From Actinomycetales bacterium (lineage in GTDB: Bacteria > Actinomycetota > Actinomycetes > Nanopelagicales > Nanopelagicaceae), in NCBI GenBank assembly GCA_018970885.1, contig JAGWVL010000001.1, positions 2,035 to 66,034 of the forward strand: 64,000 bases of DNA, in the 5' to 3' direction. The notes beneath the pieces are model-generated. The model saw only the letters and a list, made by a program, of their open reading frames with translations. It ran no database searches and was not told where the DNA came from. Both the position numbers and the translations under genes were made by a program. Below are positions 62,330 through 64,000 of this stretch, one piece after another. The stretch's first letter is position 1. Each line of letters opens with the position of its first letter.

Positions 62330-64000
62330 TAGAGCGCCTTCTTTACTTGTGCCACTACATTTTCTACCGAGAAACCAAACTCTTTAAACAAACGCTTGGC
62401 ATCGGCAGAGGCTCCATAATGTTCAAGTGAGATTGCTACACCGGAATCACCGATTAGCTCACGCCAACCTTGTGCAATTCCAACTTCGATGCTGATTTTT
62501 ACCAAACCCGGCGAGAGAACTGAATCCTTATAACTTTGATCTTGCTCAGCAAACCATTCAAGGCAAGGCGCACTTACAACGCGAACATTGATCCCTTCAG
62601 CAGCAAGTGCACTCTGGGCATCTATCGCTAAGGAAACCTCTGAGCCGGTAGCAATCAAAATCGCCTTTGGATCAGGTAGATCCTTCAAAATGTAGGCACC
62701 TTTTGCTGTACCCGATGCTGATTCGCATTGAGTTCGATCAAAGACCGGCAAGTTTTGTCGTGACAACAAGATGCCACATGCTTTTCCACGGGTAATGATC
62801 TTCCTCCAAGCATGCGTTACCTCATTCGCATCTCCTGGGCGGATGACATCAAAGCCAGGTATCGCACGTAACGCTGCGAAGTGTTCGATTGGTTGATGCG
62901 TTGGACCATCTTCACCAACACCAATCGAATCATGTGTCCAGACAAATGTGGTTGGAATGTTCATTAACGCGGCAAGACGTACCGCAGGGCGCATGTAATC
63001 ACTAAAGACAGCAAAGGTTCCACCAAAGGAACGGGTCAAGCCATGCAGAGTGATTCCGTTGAGAATTGAACCCATTGCATGTTCGCGGATTCCAAAGTGA
63101 ATTATTCGTCCATATGGATGAGCACCAGCAATGGCGCTAGTGGCGGGCAGAAATGAACCGCCACCTTTAATGCTGGTGTTGTTAGATCCTGCAAGATCTG
63201 CCGATCCCCCCCAAAACTCGGGCAGGACAGCTGCGATCGCATTGATTACCTCGCCAGAGGCGGCACGAGTTGCAATATCTTTTCCAGGAGCAAATACCGG
63301 AAGTTGTCCGTCCCAACCGGCAGGCAATGATCGAGTTTGCAATCGATTTAACAGTGCGGCTTTATCAGGATTACTTACTTGCCAGCTTTCAAAACCTTTA
63401 TTCCATTGAGCACGAAGAAGTGCCATGCGATCCTTTACCAATCGTGCGTGTGCCAAAACATCAGCCGGCATAGCAAAGTGCTCATCTGGATTTAATCCAA
63501 GTGCAACCTTCGTTGCCCTAATCTCATCTTCACCCAATGCAGAACCATGGGAACTAGCGGTCCCTTGTGCTTTTGGTGCAGGCCATGCAATAACAGATTT
63601 CATGCGAATTAATGTCGGCTTGCTGATCTCCTTCTTTGCTGCCAACATCGCGGCATCAAGAGCGGCAAGATCCACATTTCCATTTACTGCTGTTGCCACC
63701 TCAATAACATGCCAGCCATAAGCTCGGTATCGCGCTGAAACATCTTCAGTAAATGCATTATGTGTATCGCCCTCAATAGAGATGCGATTATCATCATAAA
63801 TTACCTTCAAGTTTCCCAGTTCTTGGGTACCGGCTAATGAGCTTGCCTCTGCGCTCACACCTTCTTGCAAATCTCCATCTGAACAAATTACCCAAATAGA
63901 GTGATCAAATACTGATTGATTAATAGGTGCGTTGGGATCAAGCATTCCGCGCTCATATCGCGCTGCCATCGCCATACCAACAGCGGTAGCAACGCCTTGA
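62329..64000 (-). CDS. tkt: Transketolase (5' part outside window)
   Basis: SDGDLQEG TPP motif, GSADL, FGIREHAM, THDSIGVGEDGPTHQP. Confidence 0.98.
   Translation of the reverse strand, partial: QGVATAVGMAMAARYERGMLDPNAPINQSVFDHSIWVICSDGDLQEGVSAEASSLAGTQELGNLKVIYDDNRISIEGDTHNAFTEDVSARYRAYGWHVIEVATAVNGNVDLAALDAAMLAAKKEISKPTLIRMKSVIAWPAPKAQGTASSHGSALGEDEIRATKVALGLNPDEHFAMPADVLAHARLVKDRMALLRAQWNKGFESWQVSNPDKAALLNRLQTRSLPAGWDGQLPVFAPGKDIATRAASGEVINAIAAVLPEFWGGSADLAGSNNTSIKGGGSFLPATSAIAGAHPYGRIIHFGIREHAMGSILNGITLHGLTRSFGGTFAVFSDYMRPAVRLAALMNIPTTFVWTHDSIGVGEDGPTHQPIEHFAALRAIPGFDVIRPGDANEVTHAWRKIITRGKACGILLSRQNLPVFDRTQCESASGTAKGAYILKDLPDPKAILIATGSEVSLAIDAQSALAAEGINVRVVSAPCLEWFAEQDQSYKDSVLSPGLVKISIEVGIAQGWRELIGDSGVAISLEHYGASADAKRLFKEFGFSVENVVAQVKKAL

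Overview
Gene-dense housekeeping segment of an actinobacterial chromosome. The gene order resembles Streptomyces (dcw end, ileS, dksA-like, lspA, dnaE, his, trp, gltBD, pyk, tRNA-Leu, pdtaR, liv, polA, rpsA, coaE, uvrBAC, rapZ-yvcK-whiA, gap-pgk-tpiA-secG-rbpA, pgi-tal-tkt). GC content is only moderate, intergenic gaps are tiny and several proteins are shortened, which suggests a streamlined freshwater acI / Ca. Nanopelagicales-type genome (inference). I see no mobile elements, CRISPR arrays, prophage or defence islands, and no clear new multi-gene system. The most interesting signals are small or regulatory: an ileS T-box whose SD-sequestering hairpin also looks like an intrinsic terminator; divIVA missing from its usual slot; an unannotated 56-aa miniature Trp-operon membrane protein; a MauE/DoxX-DsbA-lgt module; a 14-bp copy of the tRNA-Leu T-arm forming the first codons of pdtaR; a GlnR-type promoter for the liv operon; many leaderless promoters; and a kinase inserted between uvrC and rapZ. 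All calls come from reading the sequence and motif recall; no searches were run.
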